Of a DNA stretch of 64,000 nucleotides, positions 39,886 to 50,044 are shown one piece after another. The first letter of the stretch is position 1. The number at the start of each line of letters is the position of its first letter. The notes below the pieces were generated by a model that made no database searches, was not told where the DNA came from, and worked only from the letters and a program-made list of their open reading frames with translations. A program made the position numbers and the translations under genes. The DNA is from Eledone cirrhosa (taxonomy: Eukaryota), in the NCBI GenBank assembly GCA_964016885.1, contig OZ024743.1, positions 321,222,001 through 321,286,000 of the forward strand, in the 5' to 3' direction.

Positions 39886-42050
39886 TTACGCGATGCCCCC
39901 CCCCCCCCCCCCGGTGGACAGGATGGAGAAGACGTTCCCCCGGAGGACAGCAAGGGAGACGCGCTGGAAAAGCCACTCCAACTCGCAGCGTTCACACCTG
40001 CGGTTGGCCAGCTCAGCGCCTATGGTGGTGAGTAGGGAGGTAGCCCTAGGGCTGAGGACATCAGAAGTCTTCACTGCCAGGGGTACAACCGCAAACCTGT
40101 CAGAGAGCGACTGGTACTTGAAGAGCTTGGCTTCCTCAGCCCAACGTGCAGCAGAACCTGGGTTAGTGGCAGAGTGCACCAGGTTGCGGCTGCAGAAAGT
40201 GTCGGTGCAAGTAGCATCCCAGACGAGGGGTTTGCCACTGTGGAACGGGAAGATGGTCATGCCTTCTGGCTTTTTGCCATCCCCTCGGTCCAGCCCCACC
40301 AGCTCGAGCTGGGAACGGAAGCCCGCAGCATCCAAGCCATGCTTTATGACCTCATTGAGGGAAGCATGGCGTAGAATGCGGCCGGCACTGTGGCGACAGG
40401 AAAGTGGGTGGAGGCCGAAAGAGTCCACGGTGGATCCGCAGTGACATTGGTGTGCCTCGCAGATCCGGAGGCCGAGCCTCAAGGAAACGCCACGGCACAG
40501 GCTATTGTTGTCTAGCTGTGTGCCAGTGGAGAAGGAGGGCAGGAGCCAGGCACCACTGTGGGGTTTGGAGGCTGCACAAAAGCAGGCAAGGCACTGCTGG
40601 TTGAGCTATCTGAGGCTATGCTGCACTGGATGGCATCCCAAGTGCGTTGGGGGAACTTGACGTCAAAAGGGAGAGAAGGAGGAGGGACGTCTACTGGGCT
40701 AAGTCCCAGCTGGTCCCACGTCTCACAGGCGGCCTCACATTCTCTGAACACAGAGGGTTCTATTGTGTTTTGAAGAACCCTGCTGACGAGGATGCGGCAC
40801 GAGGTTACTGATGAAAGATACGCTAGCAAAGTCAGCGAGATTGGCGACTGGAGGCCAAGGCCGCCATACCTGGCAAATAAAGTGACCTGTTGCCATCCAA
40901 TGTCGTCAAACTTAACGTTGCATATCTCCTCGGCTGCTGCTTGGATACAAGTATGAAGGTCAGCGAAGAGAGATGTGTCGGTGTAGCACGGAGCGCTGTG
41001 AAGGGTATAGAGGAGCTTCGGCATGGCGAAGCAGTTCTTCAACAGAAAGAGAGCTGGGTGGCCGTTGATCAAGCCCAGTTGGCTCGTGAGAGTCTGGAGT
41101 TGTTGAAGTCTGGACCTGATGGTGGCGTGGATGGTCGGCGGGTGGATCGGTGACCCGAGGTTGAGGACATCCTCTTTGGAGGTCACCTGTACCTGGGTGG
41201 AGAATGGACCACACGTCCAAAACGGAGGCTGCAAAACTCTCAGCATCGTGGCTGACATTCACCAACTTTGACTTGTCCGAGTTGACCTGGAGGCTGATTC
41301 CCGCCAGAGCAGGAACCACCAATTGTAGGTCATGGCAGACAGTTTGTACGGGCCTGCCCAATGTAGCATCATCCAGATACCAAACGTTGAGAGGGCCGTG
41401 ATATCCGGGTGATGTGGTCTATACCAAGGGCAAATAGGAGGGGTCCCAAAGGGTCACCCTGTTGGACCCCAGTAGCTGAAGGTATGACCATATCAGCAGC
41501 AAGGAGCATGCTCGGGGCTTCATACGATAGGTAGGCCAGCGGGTAGGCAGAGGGGGTTTGGCTGAGGCAGGCATAGAGCAGATCGTCCTGGCGCAAGAAG
41601 TTGAAGGCATTCCTCATGTCAAACTTGACAATGAGGTGCCTGGAGTACCTGGATGCTGGTTCCGGTGGGCAGCTGTTGAAAAACTGCCTGGTTGCGTGTG
41701 CGGTCCCCTCACAGCCACCGGACATGCCGATGCCTAGTTGCACCGGACTGAACTCCTCACACAGTTTGGGTGTTATGGACCTGCAGTCCACCTTGGCAGC
41801 CAGCCTCCGGAAGACATTGCTCACAGCGATGGGGTGTATGCTACCCTCTTTCTTCCTGAGAGTGGTGAGGCTAGCCGAAAAAAAGAGGCCTCGGGTGTGA
41901 GAGTCCAGGGTGCCATGGATGAGCCTATTGGTGAGCGCCACAATTGCACTCAGATGGCAGTGCCCGGCCTCAGCGGAGAGGGGGGATAGCAACTCCTTGA
42001 GGTGGCCTGGTCAAAGACCATCAGCACCTCCGCTGATGCTAGCTGGGAAG
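39886..42050 (-). mobile_element. GC-rich CRE-clade-like (RLE) non-LTR retrotransposon, 5'-truncated and frameshifted
   Basis: PIAV.NVFRRLAAK, QLGIG..GGCE, KFDMRNAFN, GVQQGDPLGPLLFAL, VWYLDD (41366-41383), LGSP, GGLG, CHCG..D.FG.H.LSC, RH..LN, DGKKPEG, WDATC, K..KY, FQRVSLAVLRGN. Confidence 0.88.
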
Positions 42051-42488
42051 AACTAAGAGATGGAACAAGTTGTTTGAGGTGATGAAATGAAGTCTAAAGA
42101 TGAAATTAATTTTCACTAAGCAAGAGTTGGATTTTTGTGAACAGATATTATAATAAGCTTAAATAAGAGATGTTGAGACAGATCTTATAAACATAGGTTA
42201 ACATATTCCAGCATGGAAAGCAAATGTAAAATGATGATGGTCATGATTATAAATACAGTCAAATTCAACAAGGGAACTCTCATTTCTTTTGTTTTTCATC
42301 ATCATCATCATCATCATCATCGTTTAACGCTTGCATGGGTTTTTGTTTTTAAATTTTTCTCAAATGAGAGAAAACATTAACTGCAAAATAGGTCATGTGT
42401 ATAAGTTGATCTGTGAATTAGATATTCAATAACAAACTTTTAATTGATATTAAATTATTAATGAATTAATAATTCCACTCTTTTACAG

Positions 42489-42851
42489 GACACTATTTGT
42501 ATGCAGAAGCTTCTTATGGAAAGTATAATGATACTACAGAGCTGAAGTTTAAAGTTTCTAAAGTCCAAGGGAAATATCTGAAATTTTCTTACAATATGAA
42601 TGGAAAGGAAATAGGTCAACTATCTGTCAAACTTAAAATGAATGGTCATAATGAAAAAACTCTGTGGACAATGAAAGGTGACAAAGGGTTGTATTGGCAC
42701 AAAGAATGTTTGTATATTGAAAAGAATGTTGGGAAGATAAACAAGTCTGATGATGGTGATGGTAGTCTCTCATTTTATGCTCAACGAGGACCTTCATTCA
42801 AAGGAGATATTGCAATAGACACTATTTCAATTGAAGAGAAACCATGTGCTG
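42489..42851 (+). CDS. Internal exon C: C-terminal half of the MAM domain begun in exon B
   Basis: Acceptor ctcttttacag, donor G|gtaata; 363 nt, phase 1-1. (G)HYLYAEAS...LKFSYNMNGKEIGQLSV...LWTMKGDKGLYW...RGPSFKGDIAIDTISIEEKPCA. Confidence 0.94.
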
Positions 42852-43129
42852 GTAATATTAAACAATTTCATTTTTCACATGTAAAATTTTAACCAAAATA
42901 CTGGTGACTCAATCAGAGGGCAGGTTGATAGAGCAGCACCATGAAAAATCAAAGCTAGATTTCCATTTTTTCATCGATTTTTGTCTAAACAGCATTGTCT
43001 ATATCTTTTAATTAAATTGTTTATCACTCCACAAAAGTAAATCCTTTTGCCATATATGTTTTCACAGGTATATATAATTTGTAACACTTTTTCAATTTTC
43101 AAGGTGTCGCCTACTTTTTGCAAAAACAA

Positions 43130-43780
43130 AATTCTCAGGGGACTGCATTTATGTTCTGCCTGTAGACAACATTAGTCATTTTCTCAGTCTGGACGAACTC
43201 TGCATCTCCATTACACTCTAAATGGGAGCCAAGTTCTGTGGGGGGGGGGGGGGGGTCTGAGATGTCACTGTGGTAAGCCTCTCATCTCCACAGCATCCAT
43301 AGTTTGTCTTGATTCTTGAATGCTGGTCACTATGCCTGCCAAACGAAGTTAAACCTGATCATCAAGTGAGCCCTAGCTCGGGTAAATATCCCCACAGTTC
43401 TGGAGCTGGCTGGAATATCCAGAATTGATGGGAAGAGATCAAATGGTCCTACTCTTTGTCTCTGGATGAAAATCAGATATCTCATCAGGGATGCCACAAT
43501 CAGTGACTCTTTTTCTCCCTCCTATATCATGGACACTATGGTAAATATGAGGGTCTGTAGCCAAATGAAATCAAATCTTAAAATACTGGGAACTATCAAA
43601 TAACTATTTTTTCCAGTCTGTGGCATTCAAGACATTTTGTGGAGGTGGGCTGCTAACAGCAGAGTTCTTGTCATCGTTAGCAGCTTGCCTTACTGAGTTG
43701 TCAGGTGATGCAAGTGGGGGTGGTTGTTTCAGTACCCGTGGTAATGCTGCAAGCATGATGGCTTGCCTCAAACATTTCTG
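43130..43780 (+). mobile_element. Second, older CRE-like RLE-domain fragment
   Basis: Across stops and frameshifts: LNLIIK*ALARVNIP.VLELAGISRIDGKRSNGPTL..W...LIRDAT, KYWELSNNYFFQSVAFKT, RGNAAS. Confidence 0.75.
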
Positions 43781-45114
43781 ATGACCCTTGTGGTGTGTGG
43801 CTGATTGTCACTCTTCTGAATTGATGGCTGTTTTTGTTTGTTATTTTTATCTTGCTTTGATCATATATTTTTGTGCATTATATTTATGAAGTTCGTAGCA
43901 ATAATTAATTGAACTTATTATTTGTGTTTATATTTTCATTCTGTAAGAAGTATTCAATAAAAAAATAAATCATAAACAAAACAAAAAATGTGTAGCATGT
44001 TTTAGAAACTCCATTTCTAATGAAAAGTACATCATGGTGTGTATTTTCTCATAAATATTGTGTTACGAGTAGTACAGCTTATTAGTGTGTAATTAAGGAT
44101 TCCTATATAACAGACAAATGTTTACTTAGCATGTAGTGCTGGATTTAAGTTTAAATTTGTTCATTGTTATAGCTTAAGATGAAGAGAGTTTAGACCATCT
44201 ACGGAGATCAGTTCAAATCAACATATGTGTATAGTTGGGCTAATGCATCATCAGGATAACTTGCCCTTAATATCCAACATAAAAATAATGTTTTCAAGTG
44301 GGGCATTTAAAAATCCAATGTATTATGGAATTTACAGATATCAAGTTTTCGAAACAGATTATACTAATGAGGTACTTGTTTTACTTATACAAATAATAGA
44401 AACAAAATATTCTCCCTTATCTTTTCTAAATAGGCATAAAACTGAAGAGAGACAGAGTCAGAACTGTTAGGGTCATACTCTCCCTGAAAAAGATAACAGG
44501 GTCAGGAAAGTGAAATGACAACAATCAAAACTGAAATTACATCTAAACTGGTACAGCCAGCTCTATTTAAATTATACTATATCTACTGTATATTCTTTGT
44601 AAGGAGAAAAGTATATTACCATTTAATTTAAATTTGGCCTATTTCTGATAATTATTTATTGATCTAAGAAGTCTAACTTGTTTAATCAACCATAGGACAA
44701 TTAGAAATCAATACCATAGTGAGAACTGTTACTCTGAATTAACTAGTTACCTATCACCTCCAATCAGACCCATTCAACATATATGTCTTTCTTTCATTAC
44801 TGTTATTGTTTTAACTTACCATATTACCCAGTTCACAACTCTTCCTCATTAGAACACCAACCTTTTGAAATGTAATTTTAGTTCACATTTTTCCTGCAAA
44901 TGTTGACTTAAAGTTGTTCAAGCTAAAAATATATATGAATCTCAATTCAGTAATTCGAGAAGGCTTGTAAAAGGTCTTGTGGAGTTGTTCACCTCCTACC
45001 GAACCCACAAAACACATGTGTACAGACACACACATAAAAAAATAGTTTGACTTTGTAATCTGTGTTGATTTCACTATCATGATTTTATTAATTAATATCC
45101 AAACTAGTGAGCAT

Positions 45115-45325
45115 TAGATTAACAGAGTAGTTTGAGTGGCACACAAATGCTTAGCAGTATTTGTTCCAGCACTTTATTTCCAAATCTGAATTCTGCCAAT
45201 GCCAAATTTGCCTTTCATCCTTCTGACGTTGATTAAAAACAGTACCATTTGTGTACTAGGGTCGATATATTCGATTTTCCCTTCTCCTCAAAATTACTGG
45301 ACTTGTGCCAACATTAGAAACTATT
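45115..45325 (+). mobile_element. Degenerate SINE (long form)
   Basis: TTTGCCTTTCATCC...GTTGATTAAAAACAGTACC...GGGTCGATATATTCGATTTTCCC...CTTGTGCCAACATTAGAAAC. Confidence 0.75.
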
Positions 45326-45559
45326 AATTAATAGTGAAAATAAAATTTAAATGCTAAAAATATATTGACTCCAAAATAAATTCCAATAGAGTTTCTATAG
45401 ATGTGTATTCACTGTTATTTTGGTAAAAAATATTCATACAAAATATGGGAGTCAATGATTTTTATTTTGTTTAGTTTGTTTTTTAATTTAGATATATAGA
45501 CATTTTAAAACTCTGTCAGTGATTGCATTTATTGCTATAAGTACTTATCAATTAGAAAA

Positions 45560-45793
45560 AAAGGGTAAAGATCCCCCTTCAGCCACGAATGACAATGGGC
45601 TTTTTACCTAGAAATTTGCCCTCTAAGACACATGTCCAGGTTGTTTGTAGAAGTCCAGCAGTTACCCAAGTATACCAGACACCCCTCACCACACTACCGA
45701 TATCATCCAAGGGAAAGGTAAAGGCCGATTATATGTTGGCACCAGTGATGTTGCAACTTATTTCTACATGACTGAAGAGGGTCTTTACCCTTT
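45560..45793. mobile_element. ~235-bp element bounded by ~27-bp imperfect inverted repeats
   Basis: AAAGGGTAAAGATCCCCCTTCAGCCACG (45560-45587) versus reverse complement of 45767-45793, AAAGGGTAAAGACCCTCTTCAGTCATG. Confidence 0.6.
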
Positions 45794-45979
45794 ACTTATG
45801 AATAACATCACAACTAGGAAGTATGGTGAAAACCATACAATCATATTTGTTATTTTTACAATATTATCCATGTAATGTACATTTGCACAGAAAGTTTCTC
45901 GTTTTGAGCTTTTTAAGATATTGTTTTCACAAACGTATGTTTAACTCTTCTTATAGGTCTTTTTTTTCTATTGTTGCAG

Positions 45980-46078
45980 GTCCCTTTGATTGTGAATTTG
46001 AAACTGGATTATGCCATTATAAAATAGGCAATGGAAGTTTGCCATGGAAGATTTATAAACCATATTCATACTCAAGCG
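45980..46078 (+). CDS. Internal exon D: short N-terminal half of the next MAM domain
   Basis: Acceptor tttttttctattgttgcag, donor G|gtaaat; 99 nt, phase 1-1. (G)PFDCEFETGLCHYKIGNGSLPWKIYKPYSYSS(G) matches MAM CxFExGxC..W. Confidence 0.88.
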
Positions 46079-46724
46079 GTAAATATCTTAATTTTCTTAA
46101 CACCAAAATTAATACATATCAATATTAATATGTGCATGTAAACATAAATGAAAACACACATACACACACAAACACACAAACAGCTGTTGAAACAGCTAGA
46201 AGTCAGCTGACTCTTTATAATTTAGCCATACTCTACTATCCCAAGTATCAAGTAATTTGTTGAGTAATGGTCTAATTTTATCTGGTTCTATATACAACTC
46301 CTATATATATATATATATATATCATAAACATATTGGTTGGTGCCATATTAGAGGTGTGATATAGGCTGAGGAGTGCTCCAGTGCTGTAATAGCATAGGAG
46401 GAGGTCATTGGCCAAGGGATTTTAAAGAACAGGGATTCTTTGAAAAAACATTTTTAGTTATATATACAAAAATACAATGACACAGATAAAATTCAAGGTT
46501 CATATTCACACTCAAGTACCCACATAGACACATACACATGAACGCCAACATATTACAGGGTTCATTAATTCTAAGTATACAATTGGGTTTTATGAGTAAC
46601 TGATAATTGTCAGGCTCTGGCCAAAGAATTTTGGTATCAATGAGTTATTGATACCTGTCAAATCAATTACTGGTGAGGGTGGTGGAATGTACAACAATAG
46701 CTGCAACATATATATATATATATA

Positions 46725-46940
46725 TTATCATCATTTTACATCCACTTTTCCCTGCTTGCAAGGGTGGGACAGGTCCTATTCAGCACAGCATCTCTCCACT
46801 TGTCACGGTCCTTTTTCATCTCCTCGGTGAGTTTCAGCCATCTGAGGTCTGCTCTCACCACCTCCGCCCATGCTTTTCATGGTCTTCCTCTACTGCGTCT
46901 TCCTTCTACTGGGATTTGTTGGCACTTCTTTACCCAGCGG
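46725..46940 (-). mobile_element. Short RTE 3'-end fragment
   Basis: Minus strand reads GRRSRGRP*KAWAEVVRADL; short (GAT) tail. Confidence 0.65.
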
Positions 46941-46949
46941 TCATATATA

Positions 46950-48545
46950 TATGTGGGAAAGTAAAAAGCAACAACACAGGAGTACAAGTTACAAAAGGTA
47001 TTAAGTTCACACTCATTGAGAGTGTGGGGGGGGGGGGGGTTAACGTTTCGGGAATAAGCCCTTCATCAGAAGAGTGGTGGGAAGGAGGAGAAGGAGGAAT
47101 TCTAAGTGGGAACAAGGGGGAAGTTAGTGGGAAAAAAATAATAAAAATAGAAATAAAACATGAGGTGGAAAATAAAAGTTTTAAAAAATGGTGAAAAGAT
47201 GTGAGGTGTGTAGAGGTGGTAGTGCATGGGGGGTAGAGGGGGGATGGAGAGGGGGGAAGGAAAAAGGGGTCTGAGTGGGGAGGGCAGAATATGAGGTGTG
47301 TGTGTAGGTTTACGTGTGTGTGTGTATGCGTGGATGTATGTGTGAGAGTCTGGGGGAGAGCAGGGTTGTATGCTTGGGTTCTGGAAAACCATTGTGTACG
47401 TTGGGGTGGAGTGTAAGTCTTTGTGTGTGTGCATGTGCATATAGATGGAGAGAGGTTGGATGGGGTGGGGAGAGCATGTGGAATCCAGAGGCAGAGTGGG
47501 TGTATGTGAGGATACAAACGTGTGTGTGTGTGTTTTTGTGTGGTGTGGATACATGAGAATGTATGTTGTGTGTGTGCAAAAATGGTGTAAATGTTTGTGT
47601 GTTTATGTTCCTGAATGGTTTTCCACCCACACACAAATACCACAAGCTCTTTAACAGAGATACAGTAAAATTCTCTTTCTCCACAACACCCAATCTAGCT
47701 GACATTATAGCATATACAAATAGGACCAAAATACGCAAACATAACCAAGCACCCCAAACAAGTATTAACACAACACAAAATAACACCACCTAGATAGTAC
47801 ACAACAATGACCAACAACAAGTCAACACCAACCACTATGAGACTGACCAACAACTTACCAATAATGCATCCACAGCAAGGTGCAACTGCAAAAAGCCAGA
47901 GGAGTGCCCACTTGGTGGCGAGTGCCTCATCAAGAACATTGTCTACCAGTCCGATGTCCTGACTGGGCATAAAGAATACACATACACAGGCACAACTTCA
48001 ACATTTAAGGAGCAACTGTATAACCACGGGAGCTCCTTCAACCACAGCCCTAACCATTCCCAAACTAGAGTGGGTAACCTGATCTGGGATCTCAAGGATA
48101 GAAACTTGAAATACCAAATCAAATGGTCCATAAGGAAACGTGTGGCCAACATTCAATCAGAAGAAGCCACTGAGGTTATGACTGGAGGAATTGGCAGAGA
48201 TCAACAAATTAAAATTGGAAATTATCGTAAGCTGCTGACAATAAAAAAAATATACATTCTCCGTTCTGGTATTCGGACATAAACCACGGACAGACCCCCA
48301 ATTTATCCACAGAACACGCACTCCACAAAACACATACACAGCATCCTCTTAATTACCACAATTATTATGTTTCATGAACTTTATCATCGTCCTTATTACT
48401 ATTATCTTTATTACCATTATTATTTTTCTTACTATTATAAAGTTTATCATGTCCCTCATTATTAAAAATATCACCCCTTATTAACCACTTTCACCCACCT
48501 GAACACACGCTTCACACATCAACCACTCACATACACCACCAGCAT
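46950..48545 (+). mobile_element. Penelope-like element: GIY-YIG region on + (47615-48150) preceded by a probable inverted copy of its 3' terminal region
   Basis: FPPTHKYHKLFNRDTVKFSFSTTPNL; CNC...CPLGGECLIKNIVYQ...YTGTTSTFKEQLYNH.SSF...IWDLK...IKWSI. The upstream segment is CA/C-rich on the minus strand and carries a hammerhead-like core. Outer boundaries uncertain. Confidence 0.8.
47041..47077 (-). ncRNA. Minimal hammerhead-ribozyme-like motif (probably degenerate)
   Basis: Minus strand CCACTCTT-CTGATGA-A-GGG-CTTATT-CCC-GAAAC-GTTA: both conserved core boxes, a short stem II and palindromic AACGTT stem III. Stem I partner not evident. Confidence 0.55.
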
Positions 48546-48616
48546 TCTAATAATTACCACAATTATCATCATTATTATTATTTTTATCAAATTTATCATC
48601 ATTATTATTACCATTA

Positions 48617-49263
48617 TGGGCGGTGGGTTGGCAGTATCGGTAGCGGGCCGGACGCCATGGTTTGATGCATAGAGTTACGGCCCTAGTCATTCTGAGTTCA
48701 AATCCCACCGAGGTTAATTTGCCTTTCATCCTTACAGGGTCGATAAAATAAAGTACCAGTCATGCACTGGGGTCGATTTAATCAACTTTCCCCCTCTACC
48801 AAAATTGCTGGCCTTGTGCCTATATAAGAAACAATTATTTTTATCAAATTTATCATCATTATTATTACCATTATGGGCGGTGGGTTGGCAGTATCGGTAG
48901 AGGGGCGGATGCAGTGCGTTGACGTATAGAGTTACGGCCCTTGCCATTCTGAGTTCAAATCCCGCCGAGATTAACTTTGCCTTTCATCCCTACGGGGTCG
49001 ATAAAATAAAGTACCAGTAATTTACTGGGATAATTACTGGCCTTGTGCCAAAAGTAGAAACAATTATTATGGAAGAGATTGGCGGATTGGCAGTATCGGT
49101 AGAGGGTCGGGCGCCATGCTTTGATGTATAGAGTTACGGCCCTAGCCATTCTGAGTTCAAATCCCGCTGAGGTTAACTTTGCCTTTCATCCTTACGGGGT
49201 CGATAAAATAAAGTACCAGTAATGCACTGGATAGTTGCTGGCCTTGTGCCAAAAGTAGAAACA
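48617..49263 (+). mobile_element. Three head-to-tail SINEs (48617-48832 long form; 48874-49062 and 49075-49263 short form)
   Basis: Three A-box/B-box/core sets. A ~40-bp AT-rich flank (ATTATTTTTATCAAATTTATCATCATTATTATTACCATTATG) precedes both the first and second copy. Confidence 0.93.
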
Positions 49264-49299
49264 ATTAATATTACCATTGTTTACTTTGTTACTATTACC

Positions 49300-49860
49300 A
49301 TTTCCTGTGTTATTAACCCTATCTAGGGCGGGTAAAATTCCCGAGATCCATGGACGAGTTCTCACCAGCGGTCTCTGTCCCTCATTATCGCTGCCATGTC
49401 CTGCGTCTACAACAGACCAGTGTCTGTCCTTAGGGCATCAACATACGTTAACCTTGGTCTTCCTCTTCCAGTGTGTCCATGTAGGGGCTCCCACAAGAGC
49501 ACTGAGTGCAATGTCAACTCTGGATGTTGGTGAGCATGTCCAGCTAACCTCAGTCTCCTCTGTCTCACTTTTGAGCTGACTTTTGGGAGACTCCCATACA
49601 GCTCTGAGTTTTTCATCCTCAGTGTATACTGATTAATGTTCAGAGCCATCCTCAGCATTCTCGTGTAACACGCATCCACCAACTGAGTGAGTTTCTTTGT
49701 GTGTGTCCAAGTCTCAGACCCGTACAGCAGCACAGACTCCACTACAGCAGTGAAGAGGTGGATTTTCAGGTCTTTAGGAAGCTCCGACTTCCACACCGAT
49801 CTCAAGCTGTGGCATGTCGCCCAGGCCCTGCTCTTCCTCTCAACCACATCATCTTCCGTA
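49300..49860 (-). mobile_element. RTE-clade 3' fragment
   Basis: VESVLLYGSETWT...YTRMLRMALNI...RRLRLAGH...LLWEPLHG..GRGRPRLTYVD. Confidence 0.85.
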
Positions 49861-50044
49861 TGCCCAAATTAAACCTATTACCCTTTATTAAACCTTTTCA
49901 CCATTCTTATAGTTATTTACCTAAATTTTTATATCACCATATATTCTTGTAGCATCTTTCACTAGGCGTATGTACTAGTACACATGTGTGTATGTTGGTA
50001 GGTACACTGATCCATACTTCTCTATGTGTGTATACGCATGCATA

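Noticed and set aside
22322-46078. Assigning a gene symbol such as MALRD1 or MAMDC
   Set aside because: Only MAM halves are visible and no LDLa or other diagnostic domain; orthology cannot be established from this window.
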